From NCBI GenBank assembly GCA_045605765.1, contig JAZUQQ010000057.1, forward strand, positions 49,421-113,420: 64,000 nucleotides of DNA. The letters run 5' to 3'. Position numbers and translations under genes: made by a program. The number at the start of each line of letters is the position of its first letter. The stretch's first letter is position 1. Below the pieces are notes generated by a model. That model worked only from the letters and a program-made list of their open reading frames with translations. It was not told the origin of the DNA and searched no databases. The DNA comes from Eubacteriales bacterium. GTDB lineage: Bacteria; Bacillota; Clostridia; Oscillospirales; CAG-272. Shown one piece after another: positions 8,638 through 17,777 of the stretch.

Positions 8638-9789
8638 ATGGGATGTGTTTTTTTGCCATACTTTTTAACTCTAATCGCAGTTATTGCGGCATCTGCCGCA
8701 GTTGTTTTCGGTCAGAGCAAGCTCACCAAAAAGGACGGTCAGTTTTGGGGTCTGCTTATACCGAGCGCAATATTCCTAGTGAATATTTTGACTCTTATAA
8801 TAATGCTCGTATCCGACGCACGACTCAGAGACGTCGTTCTCGTATTCACCGCGATCTACCTTGTGGTTGTTGCGGGAGTGGTATCCTACGTTATTTTCAG
8901 AACACAACACCTCGGCAGAGTTGCAGACGATACTCGTCGCAGAAACAGAGCTCTCGCTGCTCGCCGCGCGGAAGCTGAGAATCAGAAGCGCCTGCTTGAT
9001 CTCCTCAAAGGCTTCGTTTGCCCTGAAAGCACAATAAACGCCGAGGGACAGCGTGAGATCGTTCTTATGTCAAAAGCAGGTCGCGAGATCGAAGAGATCG
9101 CAGAGGCTGCATCGACGGACGTGAAAGAGATCGAGGCTATTCTAGCATCGTTTAAACGTTATATGTCTCGTATCGAATCTGACGACGGTACTACCGACCT
9201 GATCCTCACGTCAGCTCAACAGGAAGAGATCGTTTCCAATATTGCTAATTCCCTTCCCAAGGATCACGGTATAAATTCCGAATCCTACTGGACGAAAACC
9301 TCTGTAAGGAGTCTTGCATCGGCGCTACTTGGAACTAGCATTTCTAGTAGAATCGTGGGTGCTTATCTGCGTCACTGGGATCTTGCGGTTCCCGCAAGCA
9401 AGACCATCAAATCACGCCGCGAAAACCCGATAGTAGCAAACTGGCTGGCAACCGAATTTGAGGATATCCGTTCGAAATGTATGTCGGAAGGCGGAGAAAT
9501 TTTGTGGATCTATACGGTTAAGCCCGAGGCGGTTCACGATATAAGTTCAAATATTCCCAAAGATTGCGTACTTCTTATAGCTATAACGAACGACGGATTC
9601 GCAAGATTCAGACTCTATTCGGCAAGCGAAAGCTCGATGTTTGAAAAATTCGTTGAAACGATCACAGAAGGTGCAAGTTGCAAATATTTTGCGATAATCA
9701 ACGAAAATTACGAAGAATATACAAAGGCTCTTGGACGCGCGAAGGTTCGCTTACTTTCCACGCAGATCGAATTTTTCCCTGCCAAGTAA
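8638..9789 (+). CDS. membrane-anchored IS630/Tc1-mariner transposase-derived protein (catalytic residues lost, C-terminally truncated DDE domain)
   Basis: The N-terminal ~90 aa contain three hydrophobic helices. The rest follows the IS630 transposase pattern: HTH (REIVLMSKAGREIEEIAE), WTKTSVRSLASALLGTSISSRIVGAYLRHWDL, ENPIVANWLATEFEDIRSKCMSEGGEI. The DDE positions read ILWIYTVKPE and IINENYEEY, and the ORF ends before the third acidic residue. Confidence 0.6.
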   Translation: MGCVFLPYFLTLIAVIAASAAVVFGQSKLTKKDGQFWGLLIPSAIFLVNILTLIIMLVSDARLRDVVLVFTAIYLVVVAGVVSYVIFRTQHLGRVADDTRRRNRALAARRAEAENQKRLLDLLKGFVCPESTINAEGQREIVLMSKAGREIEEIAEAASTDVKEIEAILASFKRYMSRIESDDGTTDLILTSAQQEEIVSNIANSLPKDHGINSESYWTKTSVRSLASALLGTSISSRIVGAYLRHWDLAVPASKTIKSRRENPIVANWLATEFEDIRSKCMSEGGEILWIYTVKPEAVHDISSNIPKDCVLLIAITNDGFARFRLYSASESSMFEKFVETITEGASCKYFAIINENYEEYTKALGRAKVRLLSTQIEFFPAK

Positions 9790-9803
9790 TAAATAACAAG
9801 CAA

Positions 9804-9839
9804 AAAGCTTTCTCGCTGTTTGAGAAAGCTTTTATTTTT
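9804..9839 (+). terminator. intrinsic terminator
   Basis: AAAGCTTTCTC-n7-GAGAAAGCTTT followed by a T-rich run. Confidence 0.8.
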
Positions 9840-9945
9840 GCAAATATACTACTATATAATATCTTTTGCAATTGTTATAGTGCAGATTTCAATATAAAAT
9901 ACTTACGTCTGCCGAAGATTTAAAAAGACGAAAGGAGTAAATATA

Positions 9946-10101
9946 TTGAAAGCAAAAAAAACAGATCAAGAAAGCAAAAATAACCACAAAAAAACAGAGA
10001 AATGGAAATCCAGACCTTCGGTACTTGAATCAATATTTGACAAACAGCTCAGCCGTGTGCGCGCCATCATAATATCGTCGGCGGCTTCGAGAATATTTTG
10101 A
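9946..10101 (+). CDS. small basic protein (51 aa), hypothetical
   Basis: TTG start with AAAGGAG 8 nt upstream. Its stop overlaps the next start (TGATG). It is too short for the ORF track. Confidence 0.4.
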   Translation: MKAKKTDQESKNNHKKTEKWKSRPSVLESIFDKQLSRVRAIIISSAASRIF

Positions 10102-10445
10102 TGAATTTCGAAGAGATAGCTTCTCTTTTCTTTGCACTGCTTATCGGCAGCGGAGGAAGCGTAGGACTGGGAGTTTATTTAATAAGGCGTGCGATTGAAA
10201 AGAAGCTCTCAAAATACGAAAAGGAAGCACAGGAGGTTGCATCTCTCAAAAAGCAACTCGGAGATGCTGACAGCAGGCTTCACCACGCTTACGGACGGAT
10301 GTTTTTCTGGATATACAGAGCGATCACAAGCGGCAAATATTCGGACGAGCTGGGAAAAGCTTTCGCCGAGCTTGAAGATGCCGAAGCGGCTAGAAAAAAC
10401 GTAGAACGTGAAATAATCTCGCTATTTAACAGTGAGAGCTTATAA
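10101..10445 (+). CDS. hypothetical single-pass membrane protein
   Basis: N-terminal hydrophobic helix (IASLFFALLIGSGGSVGLGVYLI) followed by a charged helical tail. It is translationally coupled to the preceding small ORF. Confidence 0.55.
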   Translation: MNFEEIASLFFALLIGSGGSVGLGVYLIRRAIEKKLSKYEKEAQEVASLKKQLGDADSRLHHAYGRMFFWIYRAITSGKYSDELGKAFAELEDAEAARKNVEREIISLFNSESL

Positions 10446-10847
10446 CAGGACCCGTAAAAGATCTCCCGAAAATATGATTCGGGGGATCTTCAGTTTTACG
10501 GTTTTAGTTAATTACTCAACTACAACCGATATATGCGAAATTTATTATATTTTCTTATGATATTGTTTTATATTTTTAATAAAATCAGTCTTTTTTCAAA
10601 AAATCTTCACAAAAAAGATTGTATTTATGATATAATGAGTTAGTTGAAAGACTTAAATATTCAACGGACTCATATCATTTCTGTTACTTTTTACATCTTC
10701 GACCAAGCAGACAACTTTTTTCGTCGTTCATTAGTAACTTTTTTATTTTTTACGTAAAACATTTTTTAATTAGACCTAATACCGCGCATTACATTATATG
10801 TAAAAACACATTTTACGGCGATTTTCATGAAAGGCAGGACAAACACA

Positions 10848-11792
10848 ATGAGGATCAACAAAATTTCAGAGCTTTCGGGAGGACGCTTTGAGCTTTTCCT
10901 TCTTATCAAGGAAATTCAAACAAAAACCGCACGAAACGGAAGCAACTACCTTGTTTTCAGTTTCACCGACGGCAAGGACGTCATATCGGCAAATATGTGG
11001 GACACCGCCGCGACTTCTCTTGATGTGGGAGAAAAGGAGATCGCATACGTTTCTCTTGAAGGCAAGCCCTACAACGGAAAGATGAGTTACACAGTAGAGA
11101 AAATACGACCATCATACCCTTCCGATGGAGTTTCGCTGACCGATTTTATTCCGACGTCGCAAATTCCACCCGAAACGCTTTACGAATTCTGTATGTCTAA
11201 AATCGATAAGATGGCAGACGTTGAGCTTGCCGCTCTGGTAAAGGACATATATTCAGCAAACCGCGAGCGTCTGCTCTGGCAGAGTGCGGCAAAATCGGTA
11301 CATCACAACAAAGTTGGAGAGCTTCTCTGGCACATTGCCCGAATGGCAAAAATGGCGGGGGCGACGGCAGACACGTACTCATTCCTTGATCGAGATATGC
11401 TTCTTGCAGGAGTTCTTCTTCATGACATCGGAAAGCTCGATGAGCTCTCGACTGACGAAATGGGAATTACAGACTACACTAAGGATGGATTTCTTTTCGG
11501 TCATGCACTTCTCGGCATTGAGCTTGTTAAAAAGCATGCCGAAAAAATGGGAACATCCGAGGAAAAGGTGCGTTGTCTTACGCATATAATCGCTTCACAT
11601 CACGGCATACGTGAATACGGAGCGATAACTATACCCGCAACCGCCGAGGCATATGCTGTACACTGCATCGACCTTATCGATGCGCGTATGTATATATTTG
11701 AAGAAATGCTCGGAAAGGTAGAAGTATCAAAATTCTCCGATCCGATACACATACTTGAAGGAACTAGGATATATCATCCGAGCAACGAGTAA
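10848..11792 (+). CDS. yhaM: 3'-5' exoribonuclease YhaM-like (OB-fold + HD domain)
   Basis: N-terminal OB-fold pattern (FELFLLIKEIQTKTARNGSNYLVFSFTDG) and HD motifs LLHDIGK and ASHHG. The start is set at the second ATG by homology. Confidence 0.8.
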   Translation: MRINKISELSGGRFELFLLIKEIQTKTARNGSNYLVFSFTDGKDVISANMWDTAATSLDVGEKEIAYVSLEGKPYNGKMSYTVEKIRPSYPSDGVSLTDFIPTSQIPPETLYEFCMSKIDKMADVELAALVKDIYSANRERLLWQSAAKSVHHNKVGELLWHIARMAKMAGATADTYSFLDRDMLLAGVLLHDIGKLDELSTDEMGITDYTKDGFLFGHALLGIELVKKHAEKMGTSEEKVRCLTHIIASHHGIREYGAITIPATAEAYAVHCIDLIDARMYIFEEMLGKVEVSKFSDPIHILEGTRIYHPSNE

Positions 11793-11838
11793 AATCTTAA
11801 ACAAAAAGCCGAAAGATGTCAAATCCTTCGGCTTTTAC

Positions 11839-12870
11839 TTATTTTACCGTTTTCTTAGAGAACCATATAACTATCGGAAGAGACAGAGTAACGATAGCAA
11901 CTGCACCCGCAAAGTAGAACCAGACATATTTGGGTTCTTCAAAGAGAGTGTCGTTTTTGCCGCTGAGTTCATCGTAAACTCTATCTATTTCAGTGCACAA
12001 TGCATCGGATATAATAGAATGTCCTTGTAGATTCGGGTGAATATCAAATTTTCCCACGTTCGTACACGCCTGTCTTCTGCCCAAGAACTCCGAATCTATA
12101 TCGACGATATGAATGCCGTTTCTCTCGCACACTTCTGCCAAAGCTTTATTTATTTCGGACAGTACGGCAGAAACTATGTTTTCGTCGAGAGCGGTTACCG
12201 TTGAGTAGGAAGGCATATCGCGCAGAGGATCGTAAATATTAAGCGCAAATATCTGTGCGCTCGGAGCAAGCTCTTCAAGTTTTTTCAAGATATCATCGAG
12301 ATTTTGACTATAATTCGCATAAAGCTCGGAAAGCTTCTTATTCTCCTTGCAAAAATCCTTTGCGTTCTTCTCAAAATCACCTATCTTATCGTTTTCCATC
12401 TTTACAAGTGCCAAGACGATATCGGCAGGCAAGGCATTTTCTTCGAGACCCAGTATTTTTGAAACTTCGGGCAAAAGAGTCAATAAAATATCATTTCCGC
12501 CGACCGTAATAACAACCGTGTCTGCATTTTTTATATTATTTAGTTTTTCTTCGCCATAGGCGCCGTTCAGATCATCAAGAATCCCTTTTGAGGTCGCTCC
12601 GTCTCTTGCGTAGTTAAAGTAACTTTCATCACGAACAAGTCCGTAGTGCTCTACGGTGATATTGGCATACGAGGAAATCCCCGAGTTCGGTGCGCCCGAC
12701 TCATAGCCGTCAAGCCCATAGCCCGTTGATATCGAATCTCCTAGAACTATCATTGTTTTTACAGTGTTTTTTTCGTCTGTACTATCGCCGTTTTCTGCAT
12801 TTTGGGCAAAAATTTGAAGAGAGGAAAGTATCAGTACGAAAATTAAAACGAGTGCTGATATTTTTTTCAT
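11839..12870 (-). CDS. SGNH/GDSL hydrolase, secreted with C-terminal membrane anchor
   Basis: Signal peptide, GDS block VLGDSISTGYG, DxxH block DIHPNLQGH and a C-terminal hydrophobic helix. Confidence 0.8.
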   Translation of the reverse strand: MKKISALVLIFVLILSSLQIFAQNAENGDSTDEKNTVKTMIVLGDSISTGYGLDGYESGAPNSGISSYANITVEHYGLVRDESYFNYARDGATSKGILDDLNGAYGEEKLNNIKNADTVVITVGGNDILLTLLPEVSKILGLEENALPADIVLALVKMENDKIGDFEKNAKDFCKENKKLSELYANYSQNLDDILKKLEELAPSAQIFALNIYDPLRDMPSYSTVTALDENIVSAVLSEINKALAEVCERNGIHIVDIDSEFLGRRQACTNVGKFDIHPNLQGHSIISDALCTEIDRVYDELSGKNDTLFEEPKYVWFYFAGAVAIVTLSLPIVIWFSKKTVK

Positions 12871-12902
12871 TATTCTGCGCTTTCTTTAAAAACATTATAA
12901 AA

Positions 12903-12933
12903 CGAAGGGATACCTTTATATAGTATCCCTTCG
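12903..12933 (-). terminator. intrinsic terminator after the ABC ATPase gene
   Basis: CGAAGGGATA-n11-TATCCCTTCG followed by TTTTAT on the minus strand. Confidence 0.7.
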
Positions 12934-12945
12934 AGCTTTACTTTA

Positions 12946-14058
12946 TTAGTGGAGAATGCATCTTTCAGTGTCTTTATCGAAGATGTGGATCTTGCCTGCA
13001 TCGAGAGCAACCTTGATCATATCGCCGCTTCTTGCGGTAGAGGTGGGAGCTACGCGAGCAATAAAGTTGGTCTCCTCTGCATTGAGGTAGAGGTAAATCT
13101 CAGCACCCATAAGCTCGGTAACATCAACCATAGCGTCGATGATGGTATCGGGATGTGCTTCGAGGAATCTCGCCTCGTCGCGGATACACTCGGGACGGAT
13201 ACCCATAATAACTTCCTTACCGATGTAGTCTTTAAGCTCTTCGCTCTCAGCCTTTTCCTTAGGAAGTTTAAGATTGTTCTCACCCCATCTGAGGTAAGTT
13301 TCGCCGTTCTTGTTCATAACCATAACCTCGATGAAGTTCATCTGAGGAGTTCCCATAAATCCTGCAACAAACATATTTACAGGGAAATCGTACAGGTTCT
13401 GAGGAGTATCTACCTGCTGAATGATACCATCCTTCATAACAACGATACGGGTTGCCATCGTCATAGCCTCGACCTGGTCGTGGGTAACGTAAACAAAGGT
13501 GGTTCCAAGTCTCTTATGAAGCTTTGTAAGCTCAGTTCTCATGGCTGCACGAAGCTTTGCGTCGAGGTTGGAAAGCGGCTCGTCAAGAAGGAATACCTTC
13601 GGGCTACGAACTATCGCACGTCCTAGCGCAACACGCTGCTTCTGACCACCCGAAAGCTGCTTCGGACGTCTGTCAAGAAGGTGGGTTATATCAAGGATTC
13701 TTGCAGCCTCTTCAACCTTACGCTTGATCTCCTCTTTGGGAGTCTTGCGCAGACGGAGACCGAATGCCATATTCTCAAATACTGTCATATGCGGATATAG
13801 AGCGTAGTTCTGGAACACCATCGCTATATCTCTGTCCTTAGGCGCGATATCGTTTACGAGTCTGTCTCCGATATAAAGCTCGCCTTCGGTGATTTCTTCA
13901 AGACCTGCGATCATACGAAGAGTGGTGGTTTTTCCGCATCCCGAAGGACCTACGAAAATAAGAAATTCTTTGTCTTTTACCTCAAGGGTGAAGTCCGATA
14001 CCGCGGTTACTCCGCCCGGATACTTTTTGTACAGATGTCTAAACGATATACTTGCCAT
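12946..14058 (-). CDS. sugar ABC transporter ATP-binding protein (MsmX/MsmK/MalK type), stand-alone
   Basis: Walker A GPSGCGKTT, signature LSGGQKQRV, Walker B FLLDEPLSNLD and a MalK-type C-terminal domain. AGGAGG RBS present. No permease or binding-protein gene is adjacent. Confidence 0.92.
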   Translation of the reverse strand: MASISFRHLYKKYPGGVTAVSDFTLEVKDKEFLIFVGPSGCGKTTTLRMIAGLEEITEGELYIGDRLVNDIAPKDRDIAMVFQNYALYPHMTVFENMAFGLRLRKTPKEEIKRKVEEAARILDITHLLDRRPKQLSGGQKQRVALGRAIVRSPKVFLLDEPLSNLDAKLRAAMRTELTKLHKRLGTTFVYVTHDQVEAMTMATRIVVMKDGIIQQVDTPQNLYDFPVNMFVAGFMGTPQMNFIEVMVMNKNGETYLRWGENNLKLPKEKAESEELKDYIGKEVIMGIRPECIRDEARFLEAHPDTIIDAMVDVTELMGAEIYLYLNAEETNFIARVAPTSTARSGDMIKVALDAGKIHIFDKDTERCILH

Positions 14059-14230
14059 TTATATAGCCTCCTGAAAATTCTAGCCTACACTCACAAAAAT
14101 GTAAACCTTTTACAGCGTCTATTATACCGCAAAAATATGAATTTTTAAAGATGTTTATTCTACAAATTTTCGTATCCTATTTTGTAGAAATTGCACAACG
14201 AAATTCGCCAAATTTCAACTTTTCGTTTTT

Positions 14231-14977
14231 TCAATCCGCCGAGCGTTTTAATAAATTAAAATCGTGCGTTAATATTGCCGTTTCTTTTTCCGACAAATAC
14301 CGCCATTTTCCTTCATCCAAATTGTCGTCGAGATCTATTTCGGCAAAGGATACCCTTTTCAGATAGGTCACCTGATTATGTACCGCCGAGAGCATCAGCT
14401 TGATCTGATGGTACTTCCCTTCGGTAAGAGTTATCATTACCATTTTTTCTCCAAGCACTTCAACCTTACACGGTGCGGTAATATATCCGCCTATGTCCAC
14501 TCCGCTTTCCAGTGATTTTCTATCGTACTCAGAAATAGGAAACTTACTTTCTAGATAGTATCTTTTCCGTATATGATGCTTTGGCGAAAGAAGAAAGTGA
14601 GAGAGTTCTCCGTGATCTGTCAGCAGCACGAATCCGTGAGTATTTTTATCAAGTCTGCCGCACGGAAAGAGTCCGATCCTTTGAAGCTCCTGAGGCAGCA
14701 GATCGATTACCGTAATATCTCCGTCCTTGGTTGCCGAGACCACGCCTTCGGGTTTATTCAACATTATATAGGTGTATTTTCTATACTTTACGGTGTTACC
14801 CATAAGGTTGACCGTGTCCTTTTCGGGATCCATCTTAACGGAACAATCCTTTTCTATCTTACCGTTCACCGTTACCTTACCGATTCGGCAAAGCTTTCCT
14901 GCCTCGCTTCTTGTAACACTGCCCGTTGAAGCGAGAAATTTATCCAGTCTCATCCTCGTGTTCTGTTTTTCGGACAT
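14231..14977 (-). CDS. pseudouridine synthase, RsuA/RluB family
   Basis: S4 domain (MRLDKFLA) and catalytic motif GRLDKNTHGFVLLTDHG. The start is uncertain (candidates 14989 GTG, 14977 ATG, 14953 ATG). Confidence 0.85.
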   Translation of the reverse strand: MSEKQNTRMRLDKFLASTGSVTRSEAGKLCRIGKVTVNGKIEKDCSVKMDPEKDTVNLMGNTVKYRKYTYIMLNKPEGVVSATKDGDITVIDLLPQELQRIGLFPCGRLDKNTHGFVLLTDHGELSHFLLSPKHHIRKRYYLESKFPISEYDRKSLESGVDIGGYITAPCKVEVLGEKMVMITLTEGKYHQIKLMLSAVHNQVTYLKRVSFAEIDLDDNLDEGKWRYLSEKETAILTHDFNLLKRSAD

Positions 14978-15023
14978 CTCTATACTCACCTTCTTCTATT
15001 TTTGCGTTTATCGGTTACAATAC

Positions 15024-15055
15024 ATTACAAAAACTCAATATTACAAAAACTCATA
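15024..15055. repeat. tandem 16-nt direct repeat (ATTACAAAAACTCAnn x2)
   Basis: Copies at 15024-15037 and 15040-15053 are identical over 14 nt. A further TTACAA lies at 15015. The repeat sits between the small ORF and the rsuA-like start. Confidence 0.8.
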
Positions 15056-15149
15056 CAAGGGAAAAACATCTCAGCATTATAATTGCCGCTATGAAAAAAA
15101 TTATATACGCAACCGACATGCCACATAAAAAATCTTTAACGTAAGTCAT
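15051..15149 (-). CDS. small hydrophobic peptide (32 aa: MTYVKDFLCGMSVAYIIFFIAAIIMLRCFSLV)
   Basis: ATG with a perfect AAGGAGG 9 nt upstream. A TTTACA-17 nt-TAAAAT promoter with extended -10 TG lies further upstream. It is too short for the ORF track. Confidence 0.45.
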   Translation of the reverse strand: MTYVKDFLCGMSVAYIIFFIAAIIMLRCFSLV

Positions 15150-15268
15150 ACTAAGCTTCCTCCTTATATAGACGATCTTAGTATTTGCTGTTTATGGTAT
15201 TTTATCACATAAATTAAGTTTTGTAAAGAAAAAACCAAATCTTTTTAACAAAGACTTGGTTTTATATT

Positions 15269-15733
15269 TTATCTTCCGATTGCTTTTTTTCTCTGTTTAG
15301 CAATACTTTTTCTCGAATCTTTGCGTCCGTTTATCCAGAGACCGATAAGCGAAGAAATCACGGTTGCACCAGCAAGCATTCCTATCTTAAAGCCAATGCC
15401 GTACCCTTCCTGAGAAACAGCTTCACCGGCAGGCGAAAAAGCGCCAAGCAAGAGCGAAATTATTATAAGAAGTCCTGAAAAGATAAGTCCTGTGATAGCA
15501 CCGCCAAACGCTCCGTCAACCGTTTTGCCCGCAATGAATCCGCACACTAACGCACCGATAAGCAGAGCCATCAGTGCCGCTACCGGCATAAGCGAGGACG
15601 GATCCTCGTTTTTGGCAAGTGCAGTACTCGTCAAAAAAAGAAACAGGATCGCAACTGCGTGACCTATCACGGCAGCGATAGTTGTTTTTTTGAGCAAAGT
15701 AAACATTTTATTGTTTTTTTCTTTTTTATCCAT
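15269..15733 (-). CDS. small polytopic membrane protein (possibly TIGR04086/YrzE-like)
   Basis: 154 aa with four hydrophobic Gly-rich helices. The family assignment is from memory only. Confidence 0.5.
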   Translation of the reverse strand: MDKKEKNNKMFTLLKKTTIAAVIGHAVAILFLFLTSTALAKNEDPSSLMPVAALMALLIGALVCGFIAGKTVDGAFGGAITGLIFSGLLIIISLLLGAFSPAGEAVSQEGYGIGFKIGMLAGATVISSLIGLWINGRKDSRKSIAKQRKKAIGR

Positions 15734-15863
15734 TATACCACCGTCCGAAAAAATTATTTACTTAATCATATTCGGAAATGAGTAAAAAAACAACCTGAAA
15801 CTTAAATTAATTTAAGAGCATAAACAAAAATCGTCCGCAAGTATCTGCGAACGACGAAAAATC

Positions 15864-16289
15864 TTATTTTTTCTTCTTTTTGCTTTTCTTTTCCGTGTTT
15901 TCGGTATTTTCGGGCATATCATACTCGTCCGAAACGGATTCCTCTTTCTTTTCCTCTACGTTTATGGTATAATTTGCAACGTTTGCAGGAACATCAACGC
16001 ATCTCACCGCGCTTTTAAGAATTCTCATTCTGCATCCGTCTCTGCCCGTTTCGATAACACATGTCTCATCCTTGATGCTCACTATCTTACCGATGATTCC
16101 GCCGATAGTAGTAATCTCGTCCCCGATTTGAAGATTGTTTCTCATATCGTCTATCTGCTTCTGCTGCTTTTTCTGAGGACGGACCGCAATAAAGTAGAAT
16201 ATCGCGATAAAAGCGAGCATTACGATAATCATTCCCCAGCCGCCCGTGCTGCCTGCGGCATCTTCAAGTATCAAAAAGAAATCATTCAT
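15864..16289 (-). CDS. yajC: preprotein translocase subunit YajC
   Basis: Single TM followed by RPQKKQQKQIDDMRNNLQIGDEITTIGGIIGKIVSI. Lys-rich acidic tail. GGAGAA RBS present. Confidence 0.88.
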   Translation of the reverse strand: MNDFFLILEDAAGSTGGWGMIIVMLAFIAIFYFIAVRPQKKQQKQIDDMRNNLQIGDEITTIGGIIGKIVSIKDETCVIETGRDGCRMRILKSAVRCVDVPANVANYTINVEEKKEESVSDEYDMPENTENTEKKSKKKKK

Positions 16290-16375
16290 TGGTTTTCTCC
16301 GTTCTTAAATTAAAATATATACAAGTGGCATTATACACCAAAGGTAACAAAATATAGTTAAGGATTTGTTAATTT

Positions 16376-17017
16376 TTATCTTCTTTTAACTTTCAAATCC
16401 AAAAATCTCTTTGGGAGCTTTGAAAGCGCGCTCTTTTTTTCGTTTTTATCAAAATATTCCTCCGCAAGGATTGAGCAGACTCCTATATCGCGGTAACCCC
16501 CCTTAACGAGAAGCTTTTTTCTATGTATTCCCTCAAAGGTCATACCACACTTCTCCATAACTTTTCTACTCGCAGTATTTTCAATCATATATCTCGCTTC
16601 CATGCGACTAAGTTCAAGGTCACAGAAACCAAAACGAAGAAACGCGCCGAGCGCTTCGGATGCGATGCCCCTGCCCCAATAATCGGGAGACAGAACGTAT
16701 CCCACCTCGGCGCAGTTGTTTTTTTCGTCAACAGAGGCAAATCCGCAGGTACCTATCATCTTACCGTTTTCACGGTATTCTACGGCAAAATCGAAGAATT
16801 CTCCGCTTCTGTAAAGGCAAAGAAGATGATCTATAAGTTTTTTCGTATAATCCTTGTCAGGATGTGCGCTCCACAGAAGATATCTGGATACCTCCTCACG
16901 CCTTGCATAATCGTACATATCGTCTCTGTCGTAGCGACAAATACGTCTGAGTCGCAGACGGTCAGTTTCTATAACGGTGTTGTCAGTTTTAAAAAAGCAA
17001 GTGTAATTAGTTATCAT
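16376..17017 (-). CDS. GNAT family N-acetyltransferase (RimJ/RimL-like)
   Basis: TDRLRLRR N-terminal motif and acetyl-CoA loop YWGRGIASEA. The start is set at the ATG MITNYT. Confidence 0.8.
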   Translation of the reverse strand: MITNYTCFFKTDNTVIETDRLRLRRICRYDRDDMYDYARREEVSRYLLWSAHPDKDYTKKLIDHLLCLYRSGEFFDFAVEYRENGKMIGTCGFASVDEKNNCAEVGYVLSPDYWGRGIASEALGAFLRFGFCDLELSRMEARYMIENTASRKVMEKCGMTFEGIHRKKLLVKGGYRDIGVCSILAEEYFDKNEKKSALSKLPKRFLDLKVKRR

Positions 17018-17219
17018 AACCTTTGCACCTCTCAAAACAGCAGTAGCTTCACTATATATTATACTTATTTTAGATCACATTTCAATAAAACCAAAAAAAG
17101 TTTATAAAAAATTATTGAAAAAGGAAAAACTATATGGTATTATAATAAGGTATGTCAGATTCATCCGAGACGGAATAATCACAAGGTGTTCTTAATAAGA
17201 TTAAACGGTGATTTATTTT

Positions 17220-17744
17220 ATGCAAAAGCGCCTTTACCTATTTTTAAACCTCGATCTTTCGGTCGCGGCAATAATTACGGGATATATTTTAGGACTTTTT
17301 ATTCCTTTTCTCTCGGTCAATGCTCGAATAGTTTTCGACGTTCAAACAGTAAGCTCCGCTTTCATATCGGGCGGCGGCTTCAATGAATTCCTATACACGG
17401 CTTGCAAACAGTCAATATATCCGATGCTCATTTTTCTCCTCGGATTTATCCCCTGCTCTTCAATGCCTTGTTCGGGAATACTTTTTATGAGAGCAGCTCT
17501 AGCCTCATATTCCTCGCTTATCATATTTTCTTCAGGAGCGTCCAACCGTTTATATATTCTTCACGCGCTGTGCAGCATATCAATGATTGCGATCTGTTGG
17601 GCTCTGTCAAAATGCGCAATCTCCTACGGAAGCGATGAAAGAACAAACAAAAGTTCGCTATTGTACACATTTAAATTTCTATTTTTTGTCGGTCTGATTT
17701 TTATCATCGTTTTCTGCCGACACATAGCTCTTGCTTTTATATAA
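17220..17744 (+). CDS. hypothetical polytopic membrane protein
   Basis: About 5 hydrophobic helices and no recognisable motif. The start is uncertain (GTG at 17208 or ATG at 17220). Confidence 0.5.
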   Translation: MQKRLYLFLNLDLSVAAIITGYILGLFIPFLSVNARIVFDVQTVSSAFISGGGFNEFLYTACKQSIYPMLIFLLGFIPCSSMPCSGILFMRAALASYSSLIIFSSGASNRLYILHALCSISMIAICWALSKCAISYGSDERTNKSSLLYTFKFLFFVGLIFIIVFCRHIALAFI

Positions 17745-17777
17745 ATTTCACTTATAAAATTAAGGATGTGAACTTAT

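Noticed and set aside
8595-8978. 127-aa + strand ORF overlapping the start of the transposase-derived gene
   Set aside because: It is an alternative frame of the same region with a Cys/Arg/Ser-rich implausible sequence. It starts upstream of the mapped -10 element.
10450-10847. AT-rich 380-nt spacer upstream of yhaM considered as an sRNA or riboswitch
   Set aside because: It contains a few hairpins (ATGAGT..GTTGAA..TTCAAC..ACTCAT at about 10637-10676) and a weak promoter. There is no terminator/antiterminator logic and no recognisable motif. The evidence is too weak to report.
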